DNA from: a virus
Direction: 5' to 3' (one strand)
Length of the DNA: 64,000 bases
IMG/VR virus record: IMGVR_UViG_3300005573_000071
Location: 1 to 64,000 of that record
Under the pieces are notes generated by a model. The model saw only the letters and a program-made list of their open reading frames with translations. It searched no databases and had not been told where the DNA came from. Positions 40,208 to 50,488 of this stretch are shown here, one piece after another. Made by a program: the position numbers and the translations under genes. Each line of letters opens with the position of its first letter. Within the stretch, counting starts at the first letter, position 1.

Positions 40208-41971
40208 GTGATAATGAAGTCGGTATTGAGTAGCGCGTTAAGTTGTGTGCCGTTTTGTGCGCATGATGATGGTAATAGACTACAGATGGCAGCTAACTTC
40301 TTACGACAGAGCTTAGTTTTAGTGAATCCGCAACTTCCATACATAAGTACGTCTTATTTACAAGAAGTTACAAAACTTACTACTTTTCTGAAGCAGGCAG
40401 CTGAAGATATACAGATCTTATATCGTAATGAAGAAATTGTTGTGTATAAATCATTGACCACAGGTAAAGTCTATTTATATAGGATACCGTCCTCACTTTG
40501 GTCTGTATCTGTACAAGACACTGTTAAGGAAGGAGAGGTATTTGCACAACACACTGCCGTAAAGTTTGGTAGATATTGTGCTGGAGCGAACCTGAAAGTT
40601 GTATTCGCTCCTTACGAAGGTTGGAACTATGAAGACGCTATTGTTGTGAGCGAAAGTGGTGCTCAGAAACTAACAAGTCAGTATGTTAAGTCTTTCGAGT
40701 TGATATTAGAACCTAACGAAGTTCTTATGAAGTATCCTATAGTTGGAAGATTCTATAAGAAAGGTGAGATACTATTCGAGTGGACGAGTGCTCCTAAGAA
40801 TCCGATCAATGTTCTTTGCACCTCTGTAGATAAACGAAGAATTTTCGCGGATGCAGACTTAGTTATCGAGCGGGTGTCTACGTATTATAAAAGTGAGAAG
40901 TATTTGGATTTGCATAAATCATCTCCGACAGTTCTTAAGTGGATAAAAGAGCATAACAAGCCGAAAGCTGTCAAGACTTTGTTATCGTCTATCGATCCAT
41001 CAATTGCTAAAGTTACTCCATTATACTTTCCTGAGAGCTACGAGTTAGTAGGCAATCAAGACGCAATAGTTATAGTGGCACAAGCAAAAATAGTTCGTTC
41101 ATTTTGTGTAGGGGATAAACTAGGTAATAGACACGGTAATAAGGGAGTTTGCTCTATAATTGTACCAGATCGTTATGTAACAAGTAAAGATGGTTGGGTT
41201 CCAGATCTAGTTCTAAATCCATTAGGCGTTATCTCTCGTATGAATATTGGACAGATCTTCGAGATGCATCTAGGAGAGGTATGTAGAGTTGTAGAAGAAA
41301 GAGTACGAGAGTTAGTAGAGTTTGAGAAATACGACGAAGCATTCAAGCTCTTACAGTCAATCGAGAAGATCACAAAAGGGACAATTCCATATCTACACTT
41401 GAAACTATCTGTGAAGGAACGATTGGCTCTACTACTTGAATTTGGTTTCACATTAGAGTTACCACTATACACACGTTCACCAAAAGAGATGATACGAAAA
41501 TGTATGAAGCTGCTTGGAGTATCTCCTACTAAAGTATGGCGAATGGGTGCACTTGAGAGAGATTTTGGTTATGGTACTATGTATTTCATGTCGTTGGTAC
41601 ATACAGTGGAGTCAAAGTTTAGTACTCGTGCAGACGGACCGTATCATATTAAGACATTACAGCCGTGTGATGACGAGTGTCATAGTTCTGGCCAACGATT
41701 AGGAGAAATGGAGATTTGGAACTTACTTGCATACGGAGCTATACATAATGTTGTCGAAACATTAGGATTCAAAGCGGATGATATAATTGCAAAAGAGAAT
41801 ATGATTTCACACTGTTTGAAAGTAGGTGAGCCACCCGTAGCTCCCGACTCGGTCTATACAAACCACTCTTTATATTTGTATCTATACGCTCTTGGCGTAA
41901 ACGTAGGAGGAGTATCCGTTTTATCTGATACGGATGTTGCACAGAAATGTCTTGAGTGGGGAGATTTGTAG
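40208..41971 (+). CDS. rpoB: RNA polymerase beta subunit copy 2, C-terminal fragment
   Basis: HDDGNRLQMAAN..RQ, GWNYEDAI, GDKLGNRHGNKG, NPLGVISRMNIGQ, GQRLGEMEIW; own GGGAGG RBS. Confidence 0.93.
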   Translation: MIMKSVLSSALSCVPFCAHDDGNRLQMAANFLRQSLVLVNPQLPYISTSYLQEVTKLTTFLKQAAEDIQILYRNEEIVVYKSLTTGKVYLYRIPSSLWSVSVQDTVKEGEVFAQHTAVKFGRYCAGANLKVVFAPYEGWNYEDAIVVSESGAQKLTSQYVKSFELILEPNEVLMKYPIVGRFYKKGEILFEWTSAPKNPINVLCTSVDKRRIFADADLVIERVSTYYKSEKYLDLHKSSPTVLKWIKEHNKPKAVKTLLSSIDPSIAKVTPLYFPESYELVGNQDAIVIVAQAKIVRSFCVGDKLGNRHGNKGVCSIIVPDRYVTSKDGWVPDLVLNPLGVISRMNIGQIFEMHLGEVCRVVEERVRELVEFEKYDEAFKLLQSIEKITKGTIPYLHLKLSVKERLALLLEFGFTLELPLYTRSPKEMIRKCMKLLGVSPTKVWRMGALERDFGYGTMYFMSLVHTVESKFSTRADGPYHIKTLQPCDDECHSSGQRLGEMEIWNLLAYGAIHNVVETLGFKADDIIAKENMISHCLKVGEPPVAPDSVYTNHSLYLYLYALGVNVGGVSVLSDTDVAQKCLEWGDL

Positions 41972-43083
41972 CAATGGCTTCCGGATTTGAGATAACCGGA
42001 TATACAAAGAACGGCAATCCTATTTTGCTTACAAACAGAGTTATGAGTCTGATGATCTTGAAGTCATCTGACTTAATCTCTCCTACTTTTGTGTTTACTT
42101 TTAAGCTTGATGACGATTTGCAGATTTCTCGAGACTTCTTTATGCTCAAAGAGATAGAGATTTTTTGGACGATTCCAAAGAGTCTCTCTTTTGCAGAGAA
42201 AGATGAGTTCGTAACTGCAAAGTTATATGTTGCGGACGTCTCATCTCAATCTGTAGGGATGCTTACAAGTACGGATACAGATACTAAACGTAGTGATGAA
42301 AGTACTCCTAGATATCTAGATGCAAATGTTACTTGTTATTTGCAAGACTCGTTAATAGCGAAAGAGAGTATATCTTTGTTTAGTGAGCAAGTTAGTACGG
42401 AGAAATTGCTACGAGATATTGTGAAACGACCAAAGTATATCTCTCCTCCCGTAGTGCCTACGCTGAAGAATGTTTTCATCCCTAGTGTAGATAGATTACA
42501 AGCACTTTCGTATGTCGTATGTACATATGGTGTTTACGATACACCTGTTTTTGCGTCTTACGATATAGACGGCTTTTATCTGTATTCTTTGAAGGATACA
42601 GCACCTCCTAAACTTAAATTAGCGTATTTACCAAATCCTAACACTTCTAGAATTCCTCAAGATAGTATTATTGTGCAGTATGCGCAAGCATCTTACTCTG
42701 CAGCATCTCGCTCGTTTTATGCTCCTGCGTTTATACCTACCGTTGATTATGCGCATAACGTTCTCTATGCAACAAAAGATCTAAGGTATCAACAACAACA
42801 TTTACACGATTCGTTGATTGGATCAAGAGAGTTCGGTTCATCCTCCAACCTAAAGCATCTCTATGACGAACTATTTCTAGAAGGATGTACATTAGTCACA
42901 CGAACAGAATTTATGATAGATCCTCGAGTGTTAGTGTTGGGCACGAAAGTTGAGTTCTTTACGGACGAGACACGATTTGTACATCTACAAGGTACTTATA
43001 CATTGACAACTGTTACTTATTCTTTATTATTATCTGGACGGCCTAGAGCTAGAGTAGAGATGAAGTTAAATAGACAGGAGTAG
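41956..43083 (+). CDS. Putative baseplate hub/tail protein
   Basis: Beta-rich 375 aa ending G..V....G.Y...V.Y......L.R as in gp27/gpD-like hubs; likely start ATG 41974. Confidence 0.45.
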   Translation: MGRFVAMASGFEITGYTKNGNPILLTNRVMSLMILKSSDLISPTFVFTFKLDDDLQISRDFFMLKEIEIFWTIPKSLSFAEKDEFVTAKLYVADVSSQSVGMLTSTDTDTKRSDESTPRYLDANVTCYLQDSLIAKESISLFSEQVSTEKLLRDIVKRPKYISPPVVPTLKNVFIPSVDRLQALSYVVCTYGVYDTPVFASYDIDGFYLYSLKDTAPPKLKLAYLPNPNTSRIPQDSIIVQYAQASYSAASRSFYAPAFIPTVDYAHNVLYATKDLRYQQQHLHDSLIGSREFGSSSNLKHLYDELFLEGCTLVTRTEFMIDPRVLVLGTKVEFFTDETRFVHLQGTYTLTTVTYSLLLSGRPRARVEMKLNRQE

Positions 43084-43089
43084 TAGTAG

Positions 43090-44730
43090 ATGCAAATTAA
43101 GAATGAGTATATCGTCGAATATCTAAAGTGCAAGAATGATCCCGTATACTTCATAACACATTATTGCCGGGATTACACTTTGCCCGATAAACCTATTATC
43201 TCGAATTTGTATCCCAAACAACTAGAGATACTAGAAAAGTTTCTCAAAGATCATCGTGTTATACTATTGGGCTCTAGACAGGTAGGTAAGACAGTTTTGA
43301 TTGTGTTTTTATGTTGTTGGTTATTATTATTCTTTCCTAATTATACAATAGCTGTTCTGTCTAGAAAGCAAGAGCATACGAATACGCTTGTTAAAGAGAT
43401 TAGACTTGCTTTGGAAGCTCTACGTCCACCTTTTACTATTGATTTTAGTAATAAGGAACACGTTGTAAAGAAGATTGAGTCGTATATTGAACTTGCTAAC
43501 GGTTCGAATGTAATTGCTATCTCAGTTCCAAAAGAGAATCCTGAAGAGGCTGGTAGAGGATTGAGAGCAGGCTTTATCTTTATAGACGAAGCTGCACATA
43601 TCGTAAACTTAAAGAGAATCTTATCTGGTTTAACATATACTACAAATCGAATGTTTCTTAGGTACGAGCAAACCTCAGTACCGTACGGAATTGTAATCGG
43701 TAGCACGCCAAATAGAATGACGGGTGTAGGAGAAGTCTTCTTCCGAATGTGGCTAGAAGCTTCGAACGGTACTTCGAATTACGTACCCGTACGATTTCAT
43801 TGGAAGGATGTTCCAGATTACAACGACGATTGGTACAAAGCAGTTACAAAAGATAAAGATCCTAGGGAAGTTGCTCAAGAATTGGATCTTATCTTCTTAG
43901 GCGATGAGTCGAGTTTCTTTCCAGATGATATTTTGATCAAACTGCAGCAAATTGAAGCCGTTGATCCTGCAGAAGAAGTTCTCGTTGATGGCTTTCCTAT
44001 TATTTTGTATGAACCTCGATCGACTATAAACCGCGATGAGATTTATGTAGTTGGTGTTGATACCGCAACACGTACTGGAGACTCAAAGAGTGCTATTTAT
44101 GTTATCAGATATTCAGACAAACAAATTGTTGCCGAGTTTGTGCATAAATGTTCGACTACTACGTTGTGTAGAGCCGTAGAGAGACTTGCGCAGATATATA
44201 GAAGGTGTGCGATAATTGTAGAGTCAAATGGTGTCGGAAATCAAGTTGTGGAGTATTGTTTAGAACACGAGTTTCTAAAACAACGTTTATTCTATACAAA
44301 GATCCGAAAAGGGAAGAAGGTAGAGACTCATTATGGTTGGGTCAACTCTACTAATGTAAGAGATCAGGTATTGAGTTGCATATATTCTTATGTATCAGAT
44401 AACGTAGATACTCTCAGATCTTCTGTCTTAAGCCGTCAGCTAATGACTTTACGAAATCGTGGGGGAAAGATTGTGGGTTCTCCAGATGATGCCGTTTTTG
44501 CGTTGGGAATGACTCTTTGGGCAACAAAGTATGCATCCGATACAATATTACGTTTAGTTGGCGATGAAAGTAAGATAACTACACCATTAGGTGGTGTAGA
44601 AGAACTATTTGCATATAGATATAGTAAAGGTGAAGATGAGATGATTACTACTACGAAAGACGAACGTCCGAGTGTAGATTTACTTGATGCTTTCTTTGAG
44701 AGTTTCACAGGAAGTAGGGAGATCCCATAA
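43090..44730 (+). CDS. Terminase large subunit (gp17-like)
   Basis: EYLKCKNDPVYF, SRQVGKT, FIDEAA, STPN, GVDTA, IVESN, DDAVFA. Confidence 0.95.
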   Translation: MQIKNEYIVEYLKCKNDPVYFITHYCRDYTLPDKPIISNLYPKQLEILEKFLKDHRVILLGSRQVGKTVLIVFLCCWLLLFFPNYTIAVLSRKQEHTNTLVKEIRLALEALRPPFTIDFSNKEHVVKKIESYIELANGSNVIAISVPKENPEEAGRGLRAGFIFIDEAAHIVNLKRILSGLTYTTNRMFLRYEQTSVPYGIVIGSTPNRMTGVGEVFFRMWLEASNGTSNYVPVRFHWKDVPDYNDDWYKAVTKDKDPREVAQELDLIFLGDESSFFPDDILIKLQQIEAVDPAEEVLVDGFPIILYEPRSTINRDEIYVVGVDTATRTGDSKSAIYVIRYSDKQIVAEFVHKCSTTTLCRAVERLAQIYRRCAIIVESNGVGNQVVEYCLEHEFLKQRLFYTKIRKGKKVETHYGWVNSTNVRDQVLSCIYSYVSDNVDTLRSSVLSRQLMTLRNRGGKIVGSPDDAVFALGMTLWATKYASDTILRLVGDESKITTPLGGVEELFAYRYSKGEDEMITTTKDERPSVDLLDAFFESFTGSREIP

Positions 44731-47429
44731 TGGCACTCTCAGACGTATTCAGACGAATAGCTGAGACGACGACAACACCCGAAGCGAGTATATTTGCTCC
44801 CACAACTACTTTCTCTGCTGTAGGAGAGTTAGTCCGCACATATAGTAAGCCGATGAGAGTTGTTTTGGGAAGTTTCAGAAAGGGAGCATCAGTAGAAGAA
44901 ACTGTTAAAGGACTTTCGAAGGCTTTTAAGAAGTCGACGCCGATTGATATGTTACGGTTACAGAGAGAAGTTTTGAAGATAGTACCGAAAGAACTAGCGA
45001 GACTTCTAGAGCAGTTCTTTCATTCTCATTTGTTTAAAAATACAGAGATGTTTAGACAAAAAGCGTTCGCTCGTTTAGCGGATACTGCTGAGTCTATAGA
45101 AGACACGTATGCAAGAACACTTCCACATTTAGTCGAAGATCAACAAGCATTCCACGAAGGTATGTTAACTGCGGTGTCGCCTTTAGGAATACTTACTAAG
45201 CCGCTTTTAGATATCATTAATACACCTCTTTTCAAGAAACCTTTAAGTTGGATATTCAAGCAGGTGAAAGAGAAGTTAGGTCTAGATAAGCTTTTTAAGG
45301 AGAAACTACCTTCTTTGTTAGGTACAGTTTTGGGAGGCGAGAAGACTTTCATCGGTAGATTCTTGAAAGATTTTAGTAAGTCTGCGGAGCGAAAACGTGA
45401 GGTAATGCAGCTAGAGAAGATCGCGTCAGCGATTAAAGATTACTTGCCTCCGCAAATGCAGCAAGCATTTAGTTTAGCTCTGCAAGGTTACTACTATAGA
45501 GTCGACGAGCATTTTAGAAAACTAATCAATATCTTTACTAAACCACGAAAAGAAGAAGAAGAACAAAAATCGCTCTTAGAGAAGATCTTTGGTGCTCTTA
45601 AAGATCAAGGAGGTGCACTCGATGTAGGTAAACTTCTAGGAGTTGGTGAACCTACGAAAACTGTTCCTGTTACAGATAAACTAGAAGGAGTTCGAGAGCC
45701 GTTGAAGAAAGTTTTGGAAAGTTTGCAGTCAGAACGACGATTCGATAAAGAGGCGTTAAGAGAGTTACTAGAGAAAACTGTCGAGTCGTTGAAGAAAGTT
45801 TCGGAGGGCGTGCAACTAGAACAGCGATTCGATAAAGAGACGTTAGGTAAGTTGTTAGAGAAAACTGTCGAGTCGTTGAAGAAAGTTTCGGAGGGCGTGC
45901 AACTAGAACAGCGATTCGATAAAGAGACGTTAGGTAAGTTGTTAGAGAAAACTGTCGAGTCGTTGAAGAAAGTTTCGGAGGGCGTGCAACTAGAACAGCG
46001 ATTCGATAAAGAGACGTTAGGTAAGTTGTTAGAGAAAACTGTCGAGTCTTGGAAGAACGTGGGTGGACAAGTCTCCGACGAAGTGAAGACTATAATTAAG
46101 TATGTTACGGGTAGAGATTTAGCAAAAATTGATAAAGCTGCTCTCGTAGTTGAAAAGATTGCGGATATAATGAAACAAGAGCAAATCACTAAAGAAGACG
46201 TTATGAAAGTTCTGAAGACAGTGTTAGAACCAGAACCTATTGCTACTACGACTACTGTTTCAGCTCCTACGGCTACTTCGGTTTCTGCGGCTACGACTAC
46301 ATTTACGGTTCCTGAGAGCGTAACAAGTGTGCTCAACACTATTCACGAAGAGTTAACTGCGATCAAAGACAAAGTGTTTAAGATTGATATGTCTGTTGAA
46401 CGTTCGCAACGTGTTGACGAGAAGAAAGGTAAAGAAGAAAGGAAATGGAGAGCGTCACTGAAGAAGTCTTTCGAACCTCTTAAGAAGCTTGAAGGGTTAC
46501 ATAAGTTGCTTGATAAGATAGGAACGCTCCTTACGTTTAAGGGTGTCTTTGATGTAGCTACGAAAGGTGTGAGTGGACTTACGAGTCTGCTTTCTGCGGG
46601 AGCAGGACTACTCTTTGGGAAAACTTTGTTTCGTAAGAAAGGAGTAGCTACGGCTGTTGAAACAGCAGCTGGTGTTGGAGCTGCTGCCGCGGGTGCTGAA
46701 ACAGCTGCAGGCGCAGCACGTGCTTCAAAAGTGGGTAAGTTCTTACGATTTTTAGGTAAGGCTGGAAAACTCGGCTTTATCACAGCTCTTCTTTATGGAG
46801 GATCGCAACTTTTATTTGGTGATGGTGACGAAACTGCTTCAGGCGCAGAAGCTGGTGGCACTACTACGGGTAGACCTAGTTTAGGAAAGATACTTGGAGG
46901 CTTAGGAGGTGAGTTAGTCGGGGGTGCTATTGGAGGTAGAGTTATTGGTGGTCTAGCAGGACGTGTTCTCGGAGGCGCTTTAGGCACGTTCTTAGGGCCG
47001 GTAGGAACAATTGCGGGTTGGGCTATCGGTGGTTACTTAGGTAGTAAGTTAGGGGGTTTCTTAGGTGAGAAAGTAGGAGAACTTTTTAAAGGTTCAGAGG
47101 CTGAAGCATCAACAAGCGGGGGCGTGTTAAGTAGAACTGGTCAGCTACCTATAGAGAGGCCTGTCCAGACTGCAGAGAGCGTTACAACGGGTGCGATGAT
47201 CTCGAACATCGAGCGGCCGCCAACAGAAATGTCTACGACACCGATGACACTTACGAGAGAAGATATTAGTGCGGCGATTGAACAAGCTTTGATAAACGTT
47301 ATCACTCGATTCGGGTTTGATCAGTGGCCTAAACAACAATCTTTACAGATGCGACCTGTTATGGGACCTTCGATTCTACCTATTCCTTTGGATAGTCTTC
47401 TACAGTATACGCCCTTTGTTCGTTGGTGA
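44730..47429 (+). CDS. Tape measure-like protein
   Basis: 899 aa helical, internal repeats, C-terminal glycine-zipper (GG..GG..GT.LGP.GT.AG). Confidence 0.6.
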   Translation: MALSDVFRRIAETTTTPEASIFAPTTTFSAVGELVRTYSKPMRVVLGSFRKGASVEETVKGLSKAFKKSTPIDMLRLQREVLKIVPKELARLLEQFFHSHLFKNTEMFRQKAFARLADTAESIEDTYARTLPHLVEDQQAFHEGMLTAVSPLGILTKPLLDIINTPLFKKPLSWIFKQVKEKLGLDKLFKEKLPSLLGTVLGGEKTFIGRFLKDFSKSAERKREVMQLEKIASAIKDYLPPQMQQAFSLALQGYYYRVDEHFRKLINIFTKPRKEEEEQKSLLEKIFGALKDQGGALDVGKLLGVGEPTKTVPVTDKLEGVREPLKKVLESLQSERRFDKEALRELLEKTVESLKKVSEGVQLEQRFDKETLGKLLEKTVESLKKVSEGVQLEQRFDKETLGKLLEKTVESLKKVSEGVQLEQRFDKETLGKLLEKTVESWKNVGGQVSDEVKTIIKYVTGRDLAKIDKAALVVEKIADIMKQEQITKEDVMKVLKTVLEPEPIATTTTVSAPTATSVSAATTTFTVPESVTSVLNTIHEELTAIKDKVFKIDMSVERSQRVDEKKGKEERKWRASLKKSFEPLKKLEGLHKLLDKIGTLLTFKGVFDVATKGVSGLTSLLSAGAGLLFGKTLFRKKGVATAVETAAGVGAAAAGAETAAGAARASKVGKFLRFLGKAGKLGFITALLYGGSQLLFGDGDETASGAEAGGTTTGRPSLGKILGGLGGELVGGAIGGRVIGGLAGRVLGGALGTFLGPVGTIAGWAIGGYLGSKLGGFLGEKVGELFKGSEAEASTSGGVLSRTGQLPIERPVQTAESVTTGAMISNIERPPTEMSTTPMTLTREDISAAIEQALINVITRFGFDQWPKQQSLQMRPVMGPSILPIPLDSLLQYTPFVRW
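45700..46057 (+). repeat. 87-bp (29-aa) tandem repeat, about 4 copies, three identical
   Basis: GAGAAAACTGTCGAGTC recurs at 45771, 45858, 45945, 46032. Confidence 0.95.
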
Positions 47430-47493
47430 AGTTCATGTATTAGAAGTAAGAACATAAATTAGGCGTAGTAATTGAAAAGGAGGTATTTCGGAA

Positions 47494-48315
47494 ATGAAGA
47501 AATTTAAGACGTTCGATTTAGATGAACCACAAGAGTCTATCACGAAGAAAAATATCGTATCTAGTGGCGAGAAACTGTTCACACAACTTACTCCAGCAGA
47601 AGAAGAGATCCTTTCTGAGGTCTTTAGTACTCTCGAATATGTAGATAGTTTAGATGAGTTGAATACTGAAGTTTGGGACGACGAGAATCTTTTCGTAGAA
47701 ACAGATGAGGATAGTTCGACTGATAAGGGACTTGGTAAATCTCTTCTTTCTCGTGAGTTCTTCGAAACTGCATTAACTGAGGAAGATGAAGACTTTGAAG
47801 CAGAAGAGGAGGAGGAGGAGCTCGGGTTTGGTGAAGAAGAACCAGAAGCTGGGGAGGAAGACGAAGAACTCAAAATAGACGGGGAAGAAGAAGAGCCCGA
47901 AATAGGTGAAGAAGAAGAGACTGAAGAAGACGAACTTTCTGAAAGCTTGTTGTTCGAAGAAGAATCCGAAGAGGAATACGAAAGCGGTGAAGACTTCGAA
48001 CCTGAAGAGCCCGAAATAGGTGAAGAAGAAGAGACTGAAGAAGAGCCCGAAATAGGTGAAGAAGAAGAGACTGAAGAAGACGAACTTTCTGAAAGCTTGT
48101 TGTTCGAAGAAGAATCCGAAGAAGAGCCCGAGATAGAAGAAGAGCATGAAGAGGAAGAGCTCGAGCTTGGCGAAGATGAAGACCTTGAGAAAGAAGAAGA
48201 GCATGAAGAGGTGGAGCTCGGGTTTGGTGAAGAGGAACCAGAAGTTGAAGAAGAAGACGAAGGACTCAAAATAGACGAGGAAGAAGAAGAGACTGAAGAA
48301 GAGTCTTTAGGGTAA
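47494..48315 (+). CDS. Extremely Glu-rich protein with internal repeats (prohead core/scaffold candidate)
   Basis: AAGGAGG RBS, GAACA at 47450; repeated EEPEIGEEEETEE units; near portal. Confidence 0.7.
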   Translation: MKKFKTFDLDEPQESITKKNIVSSGEKLFTQLTPAEEEILSEVFSTLEYVDSLDELNTEVWDDENLFVETDEDSSTDKGLGKSLLSREFFETALTEEDEDFEAEEEEEELGFGEEEPEAGEEDEELKIDGEEEEPEIGEEEETEEDELSESLLFEEESEEEYESGEDFEPEEPEIGEEEETEEEPEIGEEEETEEDELSESLLFEEESEEEPEIEEEHEEEELELGEDEDLEKEEEHEEVELGFGEEEPEVEEEDEGLKIDEEEEETEEESLG

Positions 48316-48318
48316 AAC

Positions 48319-48717
48319 ATGTTTGATAATTCACTTAACGTGGCACTAGTTTGTGCCACGTTACTATTATTGTATATATTTATAGCACGTTTTGTTACTA
48401 AACTCGCTGCGTTTCTACGCGTAAAACATATTTTGGTAGATCTTCAGTTGTTGTTTGATAGTGTTTGGAGAGCTTATAGTGTGAAACATATTGCTCCGCT
48501 ATTTGTAGTGAACGGTATTGAGAGCGAGAATTTAGAGGAGTTGCGTAGCCGATTCGTGAGGGAAGTCCTTTTGGTTCTGTCTCCGTCCTATAAGAAATTC
48601 TTACTACAGTGTTTTACACAAGAAGGTTTTGTTATCTACATCGGTAAGTATTTCGATAGTAGATTATCAGATTATTTAGTAGAGAAAGAGGCTAACAATG
48701 TTGGAGAGATTACGTAA
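48319..48717 (+). CDS. Hypothetical protein with N-terminal TM helix
   Basis: Overlaps portal start. Confidence 0.6.
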   Translation: MFDNSLNVALVCATLLLLYIFIARFVTKLAAFLRVKHILVDLQLLFDSVWRAYSVKHIAPLFVVNGIESENLEELRSRFVREVLLVLSPSYKKFLLQCFTQEGFVIYIGKYFDSRLSDYLVEKEANNVGEIT

Positions 48718-50488
48718 ACTAATATTTAAAGCAGACGAGGATATAGAACAAACGTTACGAGACGTTAGTTCATATCTTGTCGATTATCGTTCAACAAGAT
48801 ATGAAACGTTATTTCGTGTAATTCGTCGTTTGTCGACTCAGGCTACAGATACGTCTACTACTACAAGTTTAGACGTGTTTAGTAAGTTGTTGACTAGTGT
48901 TCGTGTTGAGCGTGATCGTCTTGACAGATATCGTCTGATCCGAGAGCTCTTACAACGTCTGCCAGAGCTTGGGCAAGCTCTTCAGACTTATGTTGATAAT
49001 GTATTATCTCCAGATGATTATTTAAAGGAGTCTCTCACTATACATACGGACGATAGCGAAATGAGGATTCTCGTACGTGAGTTACTAGACAAGTACGAAA
49101 TCGAAGATCAATTAAATGTTATCGTAGCAAAAACGTTAGCATTTGGAGATTTCTTTGTAGAGATACGAGAGGCGGATCCTCTTGTGTCTCTTTCAGATAC
49201 TGACGTCCTTGTATTCGACAAGGAAGGAAATACACAACTTACGACATTGAAAGAAGCGTTCTATCCTATACGAGAAGCTGATAATAACGATTCGGAAATG
49301 AAGTTCAGGTTCTTAGTGTTTTGGGAACCAGATAATGTTGTACCTATAATTTATAAAAATAGTGTAATCTGTTTTGTGGTAGTAAAGCCTTTAGGTAGGA
49401 CTGCAACTTCTGCATCTCCAATGAGTGGAACGAACTCGTCTAACGAGCCGGTTATAAACGACTTTGTTTCGAAGATCATAAGTTTTGTTAGCACTAAAGA
49501 TCCTCGGATTGTTAATGCTATACGCGAGAATCCACAATTGCACGTTGATCTTGCTACTTTGGTAAGTAATTATTTGCTCGATAAAACATTGAATGAGAAT
49601 AGTGTCTATGTTGTAATGCCTGAGAAGATGGAATACTTTAGACTACCGTCGGCTGTTCATTATCCGTACGGTGAGTCTATTTTTGCGCACATTTTAACAG
49701 CCGCAAGAAACTTAAGTATTTCTGAGTTAGCTATGTTGATCTATAGGCTTACACGTGCTCCTGAACGTCGTATCTTCAAAGTTGAAGTAGGCGGAGATAG
49801 GAATGTCACTAACTATATTCAGCAAGTAATCAGAAAGACGAAACAAAAAGAGGTATACCTGCAAAACCCACTTAGCATAGATCTTCTGGTGAGTGAGATG
49901 TCTTTCTTCGAGGACTATTATGTACCCGTAAAGGATGGTAAAGAGTTCTTCACTGTCGATACGACTCCCAGTGGAGATTTAGCTGCACGTATCGATGATA
50001 TTGAATACCAACGTAAAAAAGTGATAAGTGGTACAGGTATACCACCTATCTATCTTATACAAGAGGATACATCTGAGTCTAAATATACATTATCACAAGA
50101 GAATGTCAAGTTTGCTCGCACTATTGTACGCCTGCAAAAAGTGTTTAGTGCTCGTCTTACGTCGTTAGTAAGGAAATTAGGTGCTCTTACATTTCCAGAT
50201 AAAGCATCTCGTCTTCAGACTGTGACTCTCGCATTTAGGCCACCTTTACAGATTCAGTTAGCTGTTCTGCAAGAGATCTTTACGTCTGTAAGCGAAATCG
50301 TAAATGCGTTGAGTGAGCTTCTTCCTGATGTCGAGAAGTCGAAGTTAGTAGAAAAGTATTTGTCATCGTTCGTGAGTACGGATGAGATACAAGAGTGGAA
50401 GCGAACAACAAAAATAGATAGTTTACTTGGTAAGAAACCATCAGGTGGAGGAGAAGCGGCGGAAGGAGGCGAAGAGGTAACATTCTAA
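48698..50488 (+). CDS. Portal protein (T4 gp20-like)
   Basis: MLIYRLTRAPERRIFKV, EDYYVP, IDDIEY..KK, GIPP.YL, KFARTI.RLQ. Confidence 0.93.
   Translation: MLERLRKLIFKADEDIEQTLRDVSSYLVDYRSTRYETLFRVIRRLSTQATDTSTTTSLDVFSKLLTSVRVERDRLDRYRLIRELLQRLPELGQALQTYVDNVLSPDDYLKESLTIHTDDSEMRILVRELLDKYEIEDQLNVIVAKTLAFGDFFVEIREADPLVSLSDTDVLVFDKEGNTQLTTLKEAFYPIREADNNDSEMKFRFLVFWEPDNVVPIIYKNSVICFVVVKPLGRTATSASPMSGTNSSNEPVINDFVSKIISFVSTKDPRIVNAIRENPQLHVDLATLVSNYLLDKTLNENSVYVVMPEKMEYFRLPSAVHYPYGESIFAHILTAARNLSISELAMLIYRLTRAPERRIFKVEVGGDRNVTNYIQQVIRKTKQKEVYLQNPLSIDLLVSEMSFFEDYYVPVKDGKEFFTVDTTPSGDLAARIDDIEYQRKKVISGTGIPPIYLIQEDTSESKYTLSQENVKFARTIVRLQKVFSARLTSLVRKLGALTFPDKASRLQTVTLAFRPPLQIQLAVLQEIFTSVSEIVNALSELLPDVEKSKLVEKYLSSFVSTDEIQEWKRTTKIDSLLGKKPSGGGEAAEGGEEVTF

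Noticed and set aside
23504-41971. Bacterial rpoBC operon or host contamination
   Set aside because: Subunits are short and divergent, in beta'-beta order, lack ribosomal-protein neighbours and are translationally coupled to phage genes
45700-46057. CRISPR-like array
   Set aside because: Contiguous in-frame coding repeats with no unique spacers
45140-47339. Several minus-strand ORFs
   Set aside because: Antisense shadows of the tape-measure-like gene
47433-48359. Ser-rich and Phe-rich minus-strand ORFs
   Set aside because: Antisense shadows of the GAA-rich acidic gene, which has the RBS and promoter motif
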